Source: Desulfurococcales archaeon (lineage in GTDB: Archaea > Thermoproteota > Thermoprotei_A > Sulfolobales > NBVN01). Taken from it: a stretch of DNA of 64,000 nucleotides. A program made the position numbers and the translations under genes. Below, piece by piece: positions 17,416 through 25,737 of this stretch (position 1 is the first letter of the stretch; each line of letters opens with the position of its first letter). Location: NCBI GenBank assembly GCA_027023255.1, contig JALVVU010000007.1, positions 6,888 through 70,887 on the forward strand, in the 5' to 3' direction. Below the pieces are notes generated by a model that was not told the DNA's origin, searched no databases, and worked only from the letters and a program-made list of their open reading frames with translations.

Positions 17416-18765
17416 ATGAGAATGGGTTGGAGGGAGCAGATGAGGAGATATAGTGACTTCCGAAAGGTTAGTGAGGCTCTCTCGGATCTGCTAGTGATAT
17501 CTAAGATTATGTTCTCAGCTAATCTACTCGATATCATCGAGTCACAAGGACCGGTACTCTCTTATGACTCACCACCAAGCACCGTGGTTTTCGTGAGGTT
17601 CGACTATGGTGAGGGAATAGGTTACGTATTACTTTGCTGTAAAGACATGTTAATAGCTACGGCGGCACGTGAGAAGGGTAGGAAGGTCTTTGGCGATGAT
17701 GCTCTGAAACTGATAAGGAATAAGAAGGGTACTTCCTATATTTATAGCATACTGCTTGAGAATCTCCCCGACACACTGAGGTCAAGTGTTGAGAGGGCCG
17801 TTGGTGAATGCAGAGAGTTACATTACCCTGATTCTCTTCTTGGAACTCAACTTTATGGATTGAAGATAGGTAATAACGTATTGGTAAAGACAGAATTTAT
17901 AGTAGTGCTTCCGGCTGAGCTAGATAATCGAAAACAGATACTTGTCCTTCCATCAGATATCTTAGTAGTAAGCAAGGATGGGAAGGCCATACTTTCATCG
18001 CTAGCACTGGACTTTAGTGTCGCGCTAGCTAATGGAGTTGAGGTTTCCGGCCTCTTCATACCTAGGACGGAGTACGGTAGCGTAAACGATCTAGTGGCGG
18101 CACCCCCGTCTCTTGTAATCCCCTGGGCTAGTGCCACTTCCATGGACAACCTCATGAAGCAGGGGAATAAAGATTTTGCTAGAAGCATCCTTAAGAGAGT
18201 GACTCAGTACTTGATACGTGCACACGAGATCGGCGTAGCGCATCTCTGGTTAGATCCGAGGAAGATACTGGTAACGTCGGTTCCGGGTGTAGGGAGTTCC
18301 GTGCAGATATTCATTACTGGGTTCCTAGGAAGGTTCCCTAAGGGACTGATACGATTCGCTAATCCCTTTTATTGCGATCCATACCTCCTCCTAGGCCTTG
18401 AAGGGATACATACTGACGTCTACTCGTTAGGAATGATAGTGTTGGAGACAATGACCGGATCAACTTTAGAGTCGCGCGCAGAGATAGTGCTGGCGTTAAG
18501 GGACGCATTAGTTGGCACACAGCCCAGTGGGGCCAAAGGGAAGTCTGACCTATACTCCCTCATATTCTCTACCGCCCGTAAGGATCCCAGCAAACTTAAA
18601 GACGCGTTTGTCAAGATCATGAAGAATGACACGGTGGTTAGGCGGGATAGAGCTACCCTAGCAAAGGTAAGAGATAAGAAGTTAAGGGATGTGCTTGTAA
18701 GATGCCTCTCATTAGATATTAGTGAGAGGCCAAAGGAGGCTAAGGAATTGTTGAATGTGCTTTAA
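17416..18765 (+). CDS. Hanks-type kinase-fold protein, apparently a pseudokinase, with N-terminal DUF2226/PATAN-like domain
   Basis: C-lobe motifs retained (HTDVYSLGMIVLETMTG, CLSLDISERP) but HxD reads HLW, DFG reads GFL and the VAIK lysine is absent. Confidence 0.75.
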   Translation: MRMGWREQMRRYSDFRKVSEALSDLLVISKIMFSANLLDIIESQGPVLSYDSPPSTVVFVRFDYGEGIGYVLLCCKDMLIATAAREKGRKVFGDDALKLIRNKKGTSYIYSILLENLPDTLRSSVERAVGECRELHYPDSLLGTQLYGLKIGNNVLVKTEFIVVLPAELDNRKQILVLPSDILVVSKDGKAILSSLALDFSVALANGVEVSGLFIPRTEYGSVNDLVAAPPSLVIPWASATSMDNLMKQGNKDFARSILKRVTQYLIRAHEIGVAHLWLDPRKILVTSVPGVGSSVQIFITGFLGRFPKGLIRFANPFYCDPYLLLGLEGIHTDVYSLGMIVLETMTGSTLESRAEIVLALRDALVGTQPSGAKGKSDLYSLIFSTARKDPSKLKDAFVKIMKNDTVVRRDRATLAKVRDKKLRDVLVRCLSLDISERPKEAKELLNVL

Positions 18766-18779
18766 TGCTGAATTGTTGA

Positions 18780-18889
18780 TGGTGCGGGGGGTGGGATTCG
18801 AACCCACGCAGGCCTCCGCCAGCGGGTCTCCCCACCTAGCCGGAAAGGTCTTGAGCCCGCCCCCTTTGGCCGAGCTCGGGCACCCCCGC
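18780..18889 (-). tRNA. tRNA-Leu(CAA) with ~22-nt intron (18828-18849); CCA encoded
   Basis: GCGGGGGTGCCCGAG...GCGGG CT CAA G|intron|A CCCGC, long variable arm, GTTCGAATCCCACCCCCCGCACCA. Confidence 0.93.
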
Positions 18890-18976
18890 ACCAAAGAATG
18901 TCGTGTAATGGGATTAATTTGCTTTAACTCTAAACTAGACTGTACATCCACAACTATCACTTAAAGCACCTAAGAG

Positions 18977-19651
18977 CTAGTACCTCACCCATGTCCCTGC
19001 TTCTTGACGTAACTCCCACGCAAGCCTAATAGTTTCCGGCTTAAACGCGTTGACAAAGACTAGCCTTATCTTTGAACGCGCTATCACCCTCAGAGCTACA
19101 GCGTCTAGCAACTCGTAATGCCCTGGCCTGAAGTCTTGGGAACGTAACATTTCAGCGAGTTGCTGAATACTTACCTCCCTTAAGGGTTTCGCATCTGGGT
19201 ACTTGCTTGGATCTTTGTCGTAAACTCCGTCAACGTTTGTTGCGTTAATTAGCAAGTCAGCCTTTACTAGCTCGGCGATCATTGCTGAGACCGCGTTCGT
19301 TGATTGCCCGGGCTGAAGCCCTCCCAGAATCACTACCTTGCCTGTGGACAATCCTTGAAGGACTTCATCAACGCTCCTAGGTATCGGTGTATAGGCTAAT
19401 TCACTGAGCGAGGCGGCGAGGAGGAGAGCGTTAAGTCTAGATGCCTCCATACCTAGGAGGTCTAGCCACGCGTTGCTCACGCCTAATTCCTTACCTAGCT
19501 CAACATACTTTCTGGCAGTCTTACCCCCGCCAGTAATCACAACTAAGCGGTCAGTTGACGCCTTCTCCTTCAATATCTCGGTTATTTCAAGAAGTACTCG
19601 CTCGTTACCTGGCTCAAATACTTTACCTGTGAGCTTGAGCACTACGTGCAT
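18977..19651 (-). CDS. pyrH: Uridylate kinase
   Basis: VLKLTGK, ITGGGKTARKY, GGLQPGQSTNAV and NVDGVYDKDP. Confidence 0.93.
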   Translation of the reverse strand: MHVVLKLTGKVFEPGNERVLLEITEILKEKASTDRLVVITGGGKTARKYVELGKELGVSNAWLDLLGMEASRLNALLLAASLSELAYTPIPRSVDEVLQGLSTGKVVILGGLQPGQSTNAVSAMIAELVKADLLINATNVDGVYDKDPSKYPDAKPLREVSIQQLAEMLRSQDFRPGHYELLDAVALRVIARSKIRLVFVNAFKPETIRLAWELRQEAGTWVRY

Positions 19652-19705
19652 AGTACCCTCAACGAACTAAGCTTTCGACCGTATAAGTATTTGCTCGCAC
19701 ATGCG

Positions 19706-20584
19706 TTACTTAATAACAATAAATTCTAAGCCGAGGTCCTCAGCTACTTTCTTAACGGTATCACGCGCGAGTGAACCTACTTTTTTCATCACTAATGCCC
19801 TCACAGGTCTTGGCACTGACTTAGTCATTGCCTGCATAATGATGAACTCTAGCTTCTCGGGAGTTTCCCGTAGCTCCTTGAGAGCATACCTAGGTATTAT
19901 GTGTCCGAAACATATATCCTTCTTGAGAGCGAGTTCCGTAAATTTCTCCGCGTAATGGGGTCCACCGAACCCCACCGCAGGCACGCACCTTACGTGGTTT
20001 AATGCTTTTAAAGAGTCAAGCACGACCTCGCCGACCACTTCATGCGCTTCCCTAAGCCCCCATTCCCTGCTACTTGAGCCTATTTCGATGAAAGACAACG
20101 GCTTATTCAATGAAGTGGGACCGTGGTGCGTAACCTCATATACAACTTCAAACTCCTGCAGTGCACGCGCTTTAGACACTTCATTAAGGCCCCTAATGAA
20201 GTTATATGTCAGTAACGGGTAAGCTATGGAGAGTTCGCAGGGTCTGCCACCGACGGCAGCTGACGCTGTTGGGTTGCCGGTGTGATGCGTTGTCAGGGAC
20301 CTTATGCCGGACATGGCGGAGTGCTTCGATAGAAAGACATAGAACTTAGCTGAAGGAAATACCTCGTCAAGGTAGTCCATGGATATGGTCTCCTCCGGGA
20401 ATCCTGCCAGTACAGCGTCCACGTCCTTAACGTACCATGCCTTAACAGCTCTTGAAGCGCTTACATCAATGCAAGTTGTAACTTCCCTTAAGTACTCAGC
20501 TATGCCGGAGCCTGCGGGATCGTTCACACTATATACTAGGACAGCGCCATTATGCTCCTTAACATTCAATACCTGCACCCACAA
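19706..20584 (-). CDS. dtdA: Archaeal D-aminoacyl-tRNA deacylase (DTD2)
   Basis: DPAG, SKHS, LTTHHTGN, EVTHHGPT, FIEIGS and GFGGPHYA; true start probably a few codons downstream. Confidence 0.9.
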   Translation of the reverse strand: MWVQVLNVKEHNGAVLVYSVNDPAGSGIAEYLREVTTCIDVSASRAVKAWYVKDVDAVLAGFPEETISMDYLDEVFPSAKFYVFLSKHSAMSGIRSLTTHHTGNPTASAAVGGRPCELSIAYPLLTYNFIRGLNEVSKARALQEFEVVYEVTHHGPTSLNKPLSFIEIGSSSREWGLREAHEVVGEVVLDSLKALNHVRCVPAVGFGGPHYAEKFTELALKKDICFGHIIPRYALKELRETPEKLEFIIMQAMTKSVPRPVRALVMKKVGSLARDTVKKVAEDLGLEFIVIK

Positions 20585-20618
20585 GAAGGACTTGAAGAGC
20601 TTAAAAAGAGGTCATGAG

Positions 20619-21170
20619 ATGAACCGAGATAAGCAAGTTAAGGTAGCGGTATGCGTTAACCCCTACTTCCTGACGGTATGCCCTAAGGAATGCTTGGAGA
20701 GACTACTGAATCTACTCCCAGCTGAGCTTACTGAGCCGGCACGGAAGTGTCGGTGGGTTGAGTTTAGTTTACGTGTCAGCACCCGCCGCGTAATTTCTGG
20801 TGTGGCGGTACTCGATTCCTGCCCGACGCGTCTGAGGGCAACGTACTTGGAACTCTACCTTGGTTACTTCATCCCGCTCCTAGTTAAACCAGATCTTCAG
20901 GCGGTTTTCCGCGACGGTCGCTTAGTGTCGTGTCGATACGGCATGCAGAGACGGTGGTTAGTCGAGGAATGCCGATTTGAGGGCGTTAAGCGTGGCGTAG
21001 ATCCTGAGGAAGCCTTAAGAATTTACAGGAGATTGCATGAATCTGAATTGATGCCCCGTAACATGCCTTTAGTTCTCCTCTATATGCCGGGAATTGATGA
21101 AATACGTGTGTTTACCCCTAGAGGAAGGAAAATTAGGATAACCGGAAATAAGTGTCACTCCTACCCCTAG
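20619..21170 (+). CDS. Hypothetical protein
   Basis: Non-overlapping part of ORF 20379-21170 from ATG 20619, preceded by GAGGT. Confidence 0.55.
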   Translation: MNRDKQVKVAVCVNPYFLTVCPKECLERLLNLLPAELTEPARKCRWVEFSLRVSTRRVISGVAVLDSCPTRLRATYLELYLGYFIPLLVKPDLQAVFRDGRLVSCRYGMQRRWLVEECRFEGVKRGVDPEEALRIYRRLHESELMPRNMPLVLLYMPGIDEIRVFTPRGRKIRITGNKCHSYP

Positions 21171-21203
21171 GGCTTCATGAAATACACTAAGAAGGGGATT
21201 GTG

Positions 21204-21719
21204 TTATAGTCTTATGCCGTGCGCCTTCCCACACATCTCTATCCTGGCTAATATTGCGTCAACGACGAAGAGCATCTTCGAGCCTAGCGACTTAAGTATG
21301 TCCGCGTTTTCCTCGATACTACTACGTGTTAAGGGTATCGTGATAGTGAATGACCTGAACTTCACAGATAGTTCTGAGGGCTTGATGATAACTGACGTTA
21401 CGGAGTCAGCAAACACTATCTTGTTTTCTTTTGCTGAATAAGACACCGCTAAGGCTGGCTTAACTCGTGAGGCTAAAGTCATTCCGTCATCCTTAGCAAT
21501 CACCCAATTACCGCATAGTCTTGAAACCTTTCCTCCCTCCGCCAGCTTCTCCAACTCGGCTAAGTACGCTAGTATCCGCTCGGCTCTGGAGAGGATCTCA
21601 CTGACTATGTTAAATGCAGCGACCTTAGTTATCTTAACCTCCTTCACAGCTTCAGCACGTACACCCTCGTACTTCTTTATTACGTTCTCAACGAGATTTA
21701 ATGCATCGCTGAATCCCAT
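21204..21719 (-). CDS. Hypothetical protein
   Basis: 171-aa ORF with AGGTGA SD and upstream TATA-like sequence. Confidence 0.7.
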   Translation of the reverse strand: MGFSDALNLVENVIKKYEGVRAEAVKEVKITKVAAFNIVSEILSRAERILAYLAELEKLAEGGKVSRLCGNWVIAKDDGMTLASRVKPALAVSYSAKENKIVFADSVTSVIIKPSELSVKFRSFTITIPLTRSSIEENADILKSLGSKMLFVVDAILARIEMCGKAHGIRL

Positions 21720-21783
21720 TAAACATCACCTTGAGGATAGCACCGAGCACATTTTAAGCTTTTATTTCACAATTGCTGACGAA

Positions 21784-22113
21784 TCAATGACGTTTTCGAA
21801 TATACCTTAGCAAGTAGCTGAGTTCAGGTCTCTCACTCAGCACCTCCGGTAGGTTTTCGTAGCAAGGTGTACATACCCTTATACCGGGTTGTAGCTCGAC
21901 TGAGCATGACCTGCATATTAGTCTCCCGCAGACAATGCAGGCGTCTACTGAGAGCTTTTCACCGCAAACCTGGCACATTAGGTCAGAGCATACGCTACAT
22001 ACGCCTTTGCGTTTATTGAAGTGCTTTTCGCAAACGTTCCTGCCACAGATCCTGCACTTGTGAATTGCCAGCCTCTTACCGCATACCTCGCAGACCTTAT
22101 CCTGCGTCCTCAA
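21784..22113 (-). CDS. Cys-rich multi-zinc-finger protein
   Basis: Repeated CxxC/CxxH (CEVC, CRIC, CEKH, CSVC, CQVC, CIVC, CRSC, CTPC); start placed at TTG 22113 to avoid overlapping GGR. Confidence 0.75.
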   Translation of the reverse strand: MRTQDKVCEVCGKRLAIHKCRICGRNVCEKHFNKRKGVCSVCSDLMCQVCGEKLSVDACIVCGRLICRSCSVELQPGIRVCTPCYENLPEVLSERPELSYLLRYIRKRH

Positions 22114-22286
22114 TGTCTCTAGCCTATCCCCTCTTGAGTATTGAGTTTTAATTCTTGTTACGCAAGGGATAATGGGATGACCTGACGACACCCGCTGAGT
22201 CGATGATGTAGATGGAGCGACGGGGACCGCAGTTTTCTGGTAAGCAATTAAAACTCCGCCGTAGCTTATGAGAGCGGGGTCATAAA

Positions 22287-23636
22287 GTGCCGCAGAAGTA
22301 CGATGTCCTGGTAGTGGGTGCTGGCATTGCTGGCTCAACGCTTGCATACTTTCTGAGCAAGAAGGGTGTTAAGGTGTTGCTTGTTGACATGCGTCCCTAC
22401 GCCCGTGCTGGTGATAAGGCATGCGGGGATGCCATGGGTAAACATCATTTCGACGAGCTAGGAGTGAAGTATCCAAGCGGTGAGGAACTCACGGGTACTG
22501 TGAAGGGCATAGACGTATATTCGCCTTCGGAAGGCACGAAGTATAGGGTATTAGGAGACGGATTCATGATTGATAGAATAAAGTTCACTCAGAGATTCAT
22601 TAGGGGAGCCGTTGATGCAGGTGCGGACTATTGGGAGGAGACAAGCGCCACTAAGTTAATTGTGAAGGACAGTATTGCCCAGGGAGCTGTCTTACGTAAG
22701 GGCCCCGAGAAAGTTGAGGTGCATACGCAGCTAGTGGTTGATGCTACAGGCTATGCTAGAGTTCTTGCTAATCAGGCACCTGACAATTGGCCCATTAAGG
22801 ATCCCTTGAAACCCGAGGACGCCATAGTTGCTTATCGTGAGGTCCGTAAACTTGATCGGGAAGTAGACGAGCCAGAGATCCTGCGCATATATATAAGTAA
22901 ACGCGTAGCACCCGGCGGTTACTGGTGGTTCTTCCCATATTCCCTTAAGAACGGAATAGTGAACGTTGGTTTAGGAGTACAGCATGGTGTTGGGTACCCT
23001 AACCCTAAGGACTTGCTGTATAAGTATGTCCTGACAAGACCTGAGTTCGAAGGCAGCGAGATAATTGAGGCTGGCGGCGCGCCCGCACCAACGAGGAGAC
23101 CTGTCAATACCTTGGTGTGGAACGGCTTAGCTGTCATTGGCGACGCTGCTTACGCCGTAAACCCCGTGCATGGCGGGGGAAAGGGTTCGGCAATGATAAC
23201 TTCTTGGTGCCTAGCTAACGCTTACCTAGAGGCTAACGGAGATACCTCCAATACTGCCCTCTGGAGCGCGAATAAGTGCTTCCTAGAGCACTACGGCATA
23301 AAGCAAGCCGCCCTCGACATATTCAGGATGTTCCTCCAGCAATTAAGCGACGAGGATCTTGAATACGGCATGTCCCGTAAGATCATCAAGGAATCGGACC
23401 TAAACACGGTCTCCATGAAGGGAGACCTCGAACTCTCAGTAGTGGATAAGGCAATGAGGTTACTGGCAGGGATAGGAAGACCTAGCCTACTACTTAAGTT
23501 AAGGGCGGTAGCAAAGTACATGAATAAAGCTAAGGAACTGTACCGCAATTATCCGAACAGACCCGAGGACTTAATGCATTGGATTAATGAAGTCTCTAAG
23601 CTCTACGAGGAGTATAGGACGAAAGTACTTAAGTAA
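22287..23636 (+). CDS. Digeranylgeranylglycerophospholipid reductase (geranylgeranyl reductase)
   Basis: GAGIAG, DKACGDA, APGGYWWFFP and GDAAYAVNPVHGGG. Confidence 0.9.
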   Translation: MPQKYDVLVVGAGIAGSTLAYFLSKKGVKVLLVDMRPYARAGDKACGDAMGKHHFDELGVKYPSGEELTGTVKGIDVYSPSEGTKYRVLGDGFMIDRIKFTQRFIRGAVDAGADYWEETSATKLIVKDSIAQGAVLRKGPEKVEVHTQLVVDATGYARVLANQAPDNWPIKDPLKPEDAIVAYREVRKLDREVDEPEILRIYISKRVAPGGYWWFFPYSLKNGIVNVGLGVQHGVGYPNPKDLLYKYVLTRPEFEGSEIIEAGGAPAPTRRPVNTLVWNGLAVIGDAAYAVNPVHGGGKGSAMITSWCLANAYLEANGDTSNTALWSANKCFLEHYGIKQAALDIFRMFLQQLSDEDLEYGMSRKIIKESDLNTVSMKGDLELSVVDKAMRLLAGIGRPSLLLKLRAVAKYMNKAKELYRNYPNRPEDLMHWINEVSKLYEEYRTKVLK

Positions 23637-23680
23637 CTAGACGCAAAAATGTTTTATACACAATGGTTGCCTATTACGGA

Positions 23681-23698
23681 GTTGTGAAACACCACAAC
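23681..23698. promoter_or_regulatory. Inverted repeat GTTGTG-N6-CACAAC just upstream of a TATA-like box
   Basis: Seen directly; CTTTAAAG follows at 23703. Confidence 0.35.
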
Positions 23699-23739
23699 AT
23701 TACTTTAAAGTGAATATGCCAAATTAAATTGTAGGGTTT

Positions 23740-24042
23740 ATGTTGAGAGAGGGTATGTTTGTTGCCCTCACACTAATAGTGATAGGGGTGTTAATCCTTG
23801 CGACTTGGTATGGTGTTCTATCGCTCGTTGATTTAGCCTCGATAATGCTGTGCTTTATTGGCTCCTTCATCATAGCTTCCAAACATGATTTCTTGGGGCG
23901 GTTTTGGGGAGGCGTAGTCGTGGCTACTGGCATAGCGGTATTTGTTGTGTCCCAAGTCGGCACAGGCCCCGGTATTGCCGTCTTGCTCATGGGTGTGGGG
24001 CTAGCATACGTGTTAACTAACGTAGTAAAGTCCCCTCAATAG
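23740..24042 (+). CDS. Small ~4-TM membrane protein
   Basis: 100 aa, almost entirely hydrophobic helices. Confidence 0.7.
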   Translation: MLREGMFVALTLIVIGVLILATWYGVLSLVDLASIMLCFIGSFIIASKHDFLGRFWGGVVVATGIAVFVVSQVGTGPGIAVLLMGVGLAYVLTNVVKSPQ

Positions 24043-24125
24043 ACTTGTTTGAAAGGATTGCAGCTCCGACAAGCAGTTAAGAGAATAAAAGGGTAACTAA
24101 GATTACTCTTTGAGTAAAAGATCAG

Positions 24126-24620
24126 GTGTCGGGATTGGATAAAGAGTTAAGTCTGTTAGAGAAACTTGAGGAGATCATTCCCGGGTTCCATGGATATAAA
24201 GTTAAGGAATTGATCAGAGAGGACGATAGGTTAATCCGTAATTACATATACAATGAGTTAAAGAGCGCGCGTGATATCGTAAGGGAGTTAATGCTTGCTA
24301 CCTTAGACGGTATGTATGATGCGCCGGTCACCTACCTTGATAGGCTCTGGAAGAGGCTGGATGAGGCTAGTTCTAAGATAAAGAGCGCGCCAGCGGGATA
24401 TGCTGGTTTCTTTGATAGGGTTAAGGTGAGGGAGCGGGAGCTTGAGACGCTAAAGCGGGTTGATGCTGAGATAGCTTCGATGATTGAGAATCTGCTCACT
24501 GCTCTTCAGGAGGCGCGTAGCAACCCCGCTAAGCTGCAGGAAGTCGTGAGCCTAGTTAATAGTATACTCGACAAAATAGAATTTAGGAATAACTTATTCA
24601 AGGCTGAACCCGGTAGGTAA
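24126..24620 (+). CDS. Conserved all-helical hypothetical protein (IPGFxGY...GYAGFFD type)
   Basis: Helical-bundle pattern with distinctive motifs; 11 nt upstream of the SPFH gene. Confidence 0.75.
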   Translation: MSGLDKELSLLEKLEEIIPGFHGYKVKELIREDDRLIRNYIYNELKSARDIVRELMLATLDGMYDAPVTYLDRLWKRLDEASSKIKSAPAGYAGFFDRVKVRERELETLKRVDAEIASMIENLLTALQEARSNPAKLQEVVSLVNSILDKIEFRNNLFKAEPGR

Positions 24621-24631
24621 GGTGATGCTGT

Positions 24632-25627
24632 ATGCCTAAAGTAATTGAGTGGGTAAACCCGAGCCCTGACGACATAGTTTGGAAGTACCCTAATGAAGTG
24701 ATTGAGTGGGGGTCAGTCCTAATAGTTAAGGAATATGAAGCAGCGGTCTTCTACAGGGACGGTAAGGTTTACGATGTGTTTAGAGCTGGTAGGCACGTGT
24801 TAACCACGGCTACGTTACCGCTACTCACTAAGGTGCTATCGAAGGTAGCTGGGTATGAGAGAGTACCCTTCGTCGCCACAATAATTTTCATCTCGTTAAA
24901 GCAGTTCCGAGGCCTTTTTGGCGGGAGGACGCAAACAACTGAGTTAGCGCCCCTAATGTTCAGGGGCTCATACTACTTCCGAATAGCGGATCCGGCTGTA
25001 TTCGTTAATGAGGTTGTTGGAGGGCAGTCGTTATTCACTACCGACGACATTAACGACTATCTCAGAGGGTACATGAATGAGTTACTGATGAAGTACCTAT
25101 CGACGTACAGCATCGTTGACGTATTCATGAATCTCGACAGGGTAAGCACAGAGGTGAAGTTAAGAGTCATGGAGGACTTCAGGAGGCTGGGGCTCGAGCT
25201 AATTGACGTTAAGTTTGAGGGTGTCGACACTACTGAGGAGTGGCGTCAGAAGATATTCTGGATCAGGCAAACCGGTAATGCCGCTATGGTGCTTCAGATG
25301 GAGACCGTTAAGTCCGTGGCCTCCGAACTAGGCAAGTCACCTGGAGCAGCAACGGGGACAGGAATAGTTATGATACCTCCCCTACTTTACGGTCCTTACG
25401 CGCAACAACAGCCTCCGCCACCGCAGCAACAACAGCAACAGGGTGTAACCACCCCACAACCCCAGGCACAAAGGAAGTTCTACTGCCCTTACTGTGGTGC
25501 AGAAGTACCGCTTAACGCTAAGTTCTGCCCGAACTGTGGTAAGAGACTTAAGTGGTGCCCTAACGGACATCTAGTGCCGTTGGAAGCAAGGGTGTGCCCC
25601 TTCTGCGGTTATAAGTTCCCTGAGTGA
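24632..25627 (+). CDS. SPFH/Band-7 (YdjI-like) protein with Q/P linker and C-terminal double zinc ribbon
   Basis: IVWKYP, GSVLIVKEYEAAVFYRDG, GRHVLTT, QQQPPPPQQQQQQ, CPYC..CPNC..CPNGH..CPFC. Confidence 0.85.
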   Translation: MPKVIEWVNPSPDDIVWKYPNEVIEWGSVLIVKEYEAAVFYRDGKVYDVFRAGRHVLTTATLPLLTKVLSKVAGYERVPFVATIIFISLKQFRGLFGGRTQTTELAPLMFRGSYYFRIADPAVFVNEVVGGQSLFTTDDINDYLRGYMNELLMKYLSTYSIVDVFMNLDRVSTEVKLRVMEDFRRLGLELIDVKFEGVDTTEEWRQKIFWIRQTGNAAMVLQMETVKSVASELGKSPGAATGTGIVMIPPLLYGPYAQQQPPPPQQQQQQGVTTPQPQAQRKFYCPYCGAEVPLNAKFCPNCGKRLKWCPNGHLVPLEARVCPFCGYKFPE

Positions 25628-25737
25628 GTTGCTTAACGGAGAAAGTCTTGCAGACGCATTTTTAATTAAGAGGATACATCACCGTATTATCATTCTGTCG
25701 TGTTCGCTAAGGGAAAGTGAGTTAAAAGGGCTTGAGA

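Noticed and set aside
18712..18964. Short ORFs overlapping tRNA genes (also 31124-31381, 49623-49878, 61542-61781)
   Set aside because: Artefacts of GC-rich tRNA sequence or alternative frames of real genes.
22177..22224. Possible C/D sRNA (ATGACCT...CTGA-GTCG-ATGATGT...)
   Set aside because: The internal D'/C' pair looks good, but the terminal C and D boxes are too degenerate and no target is evident.
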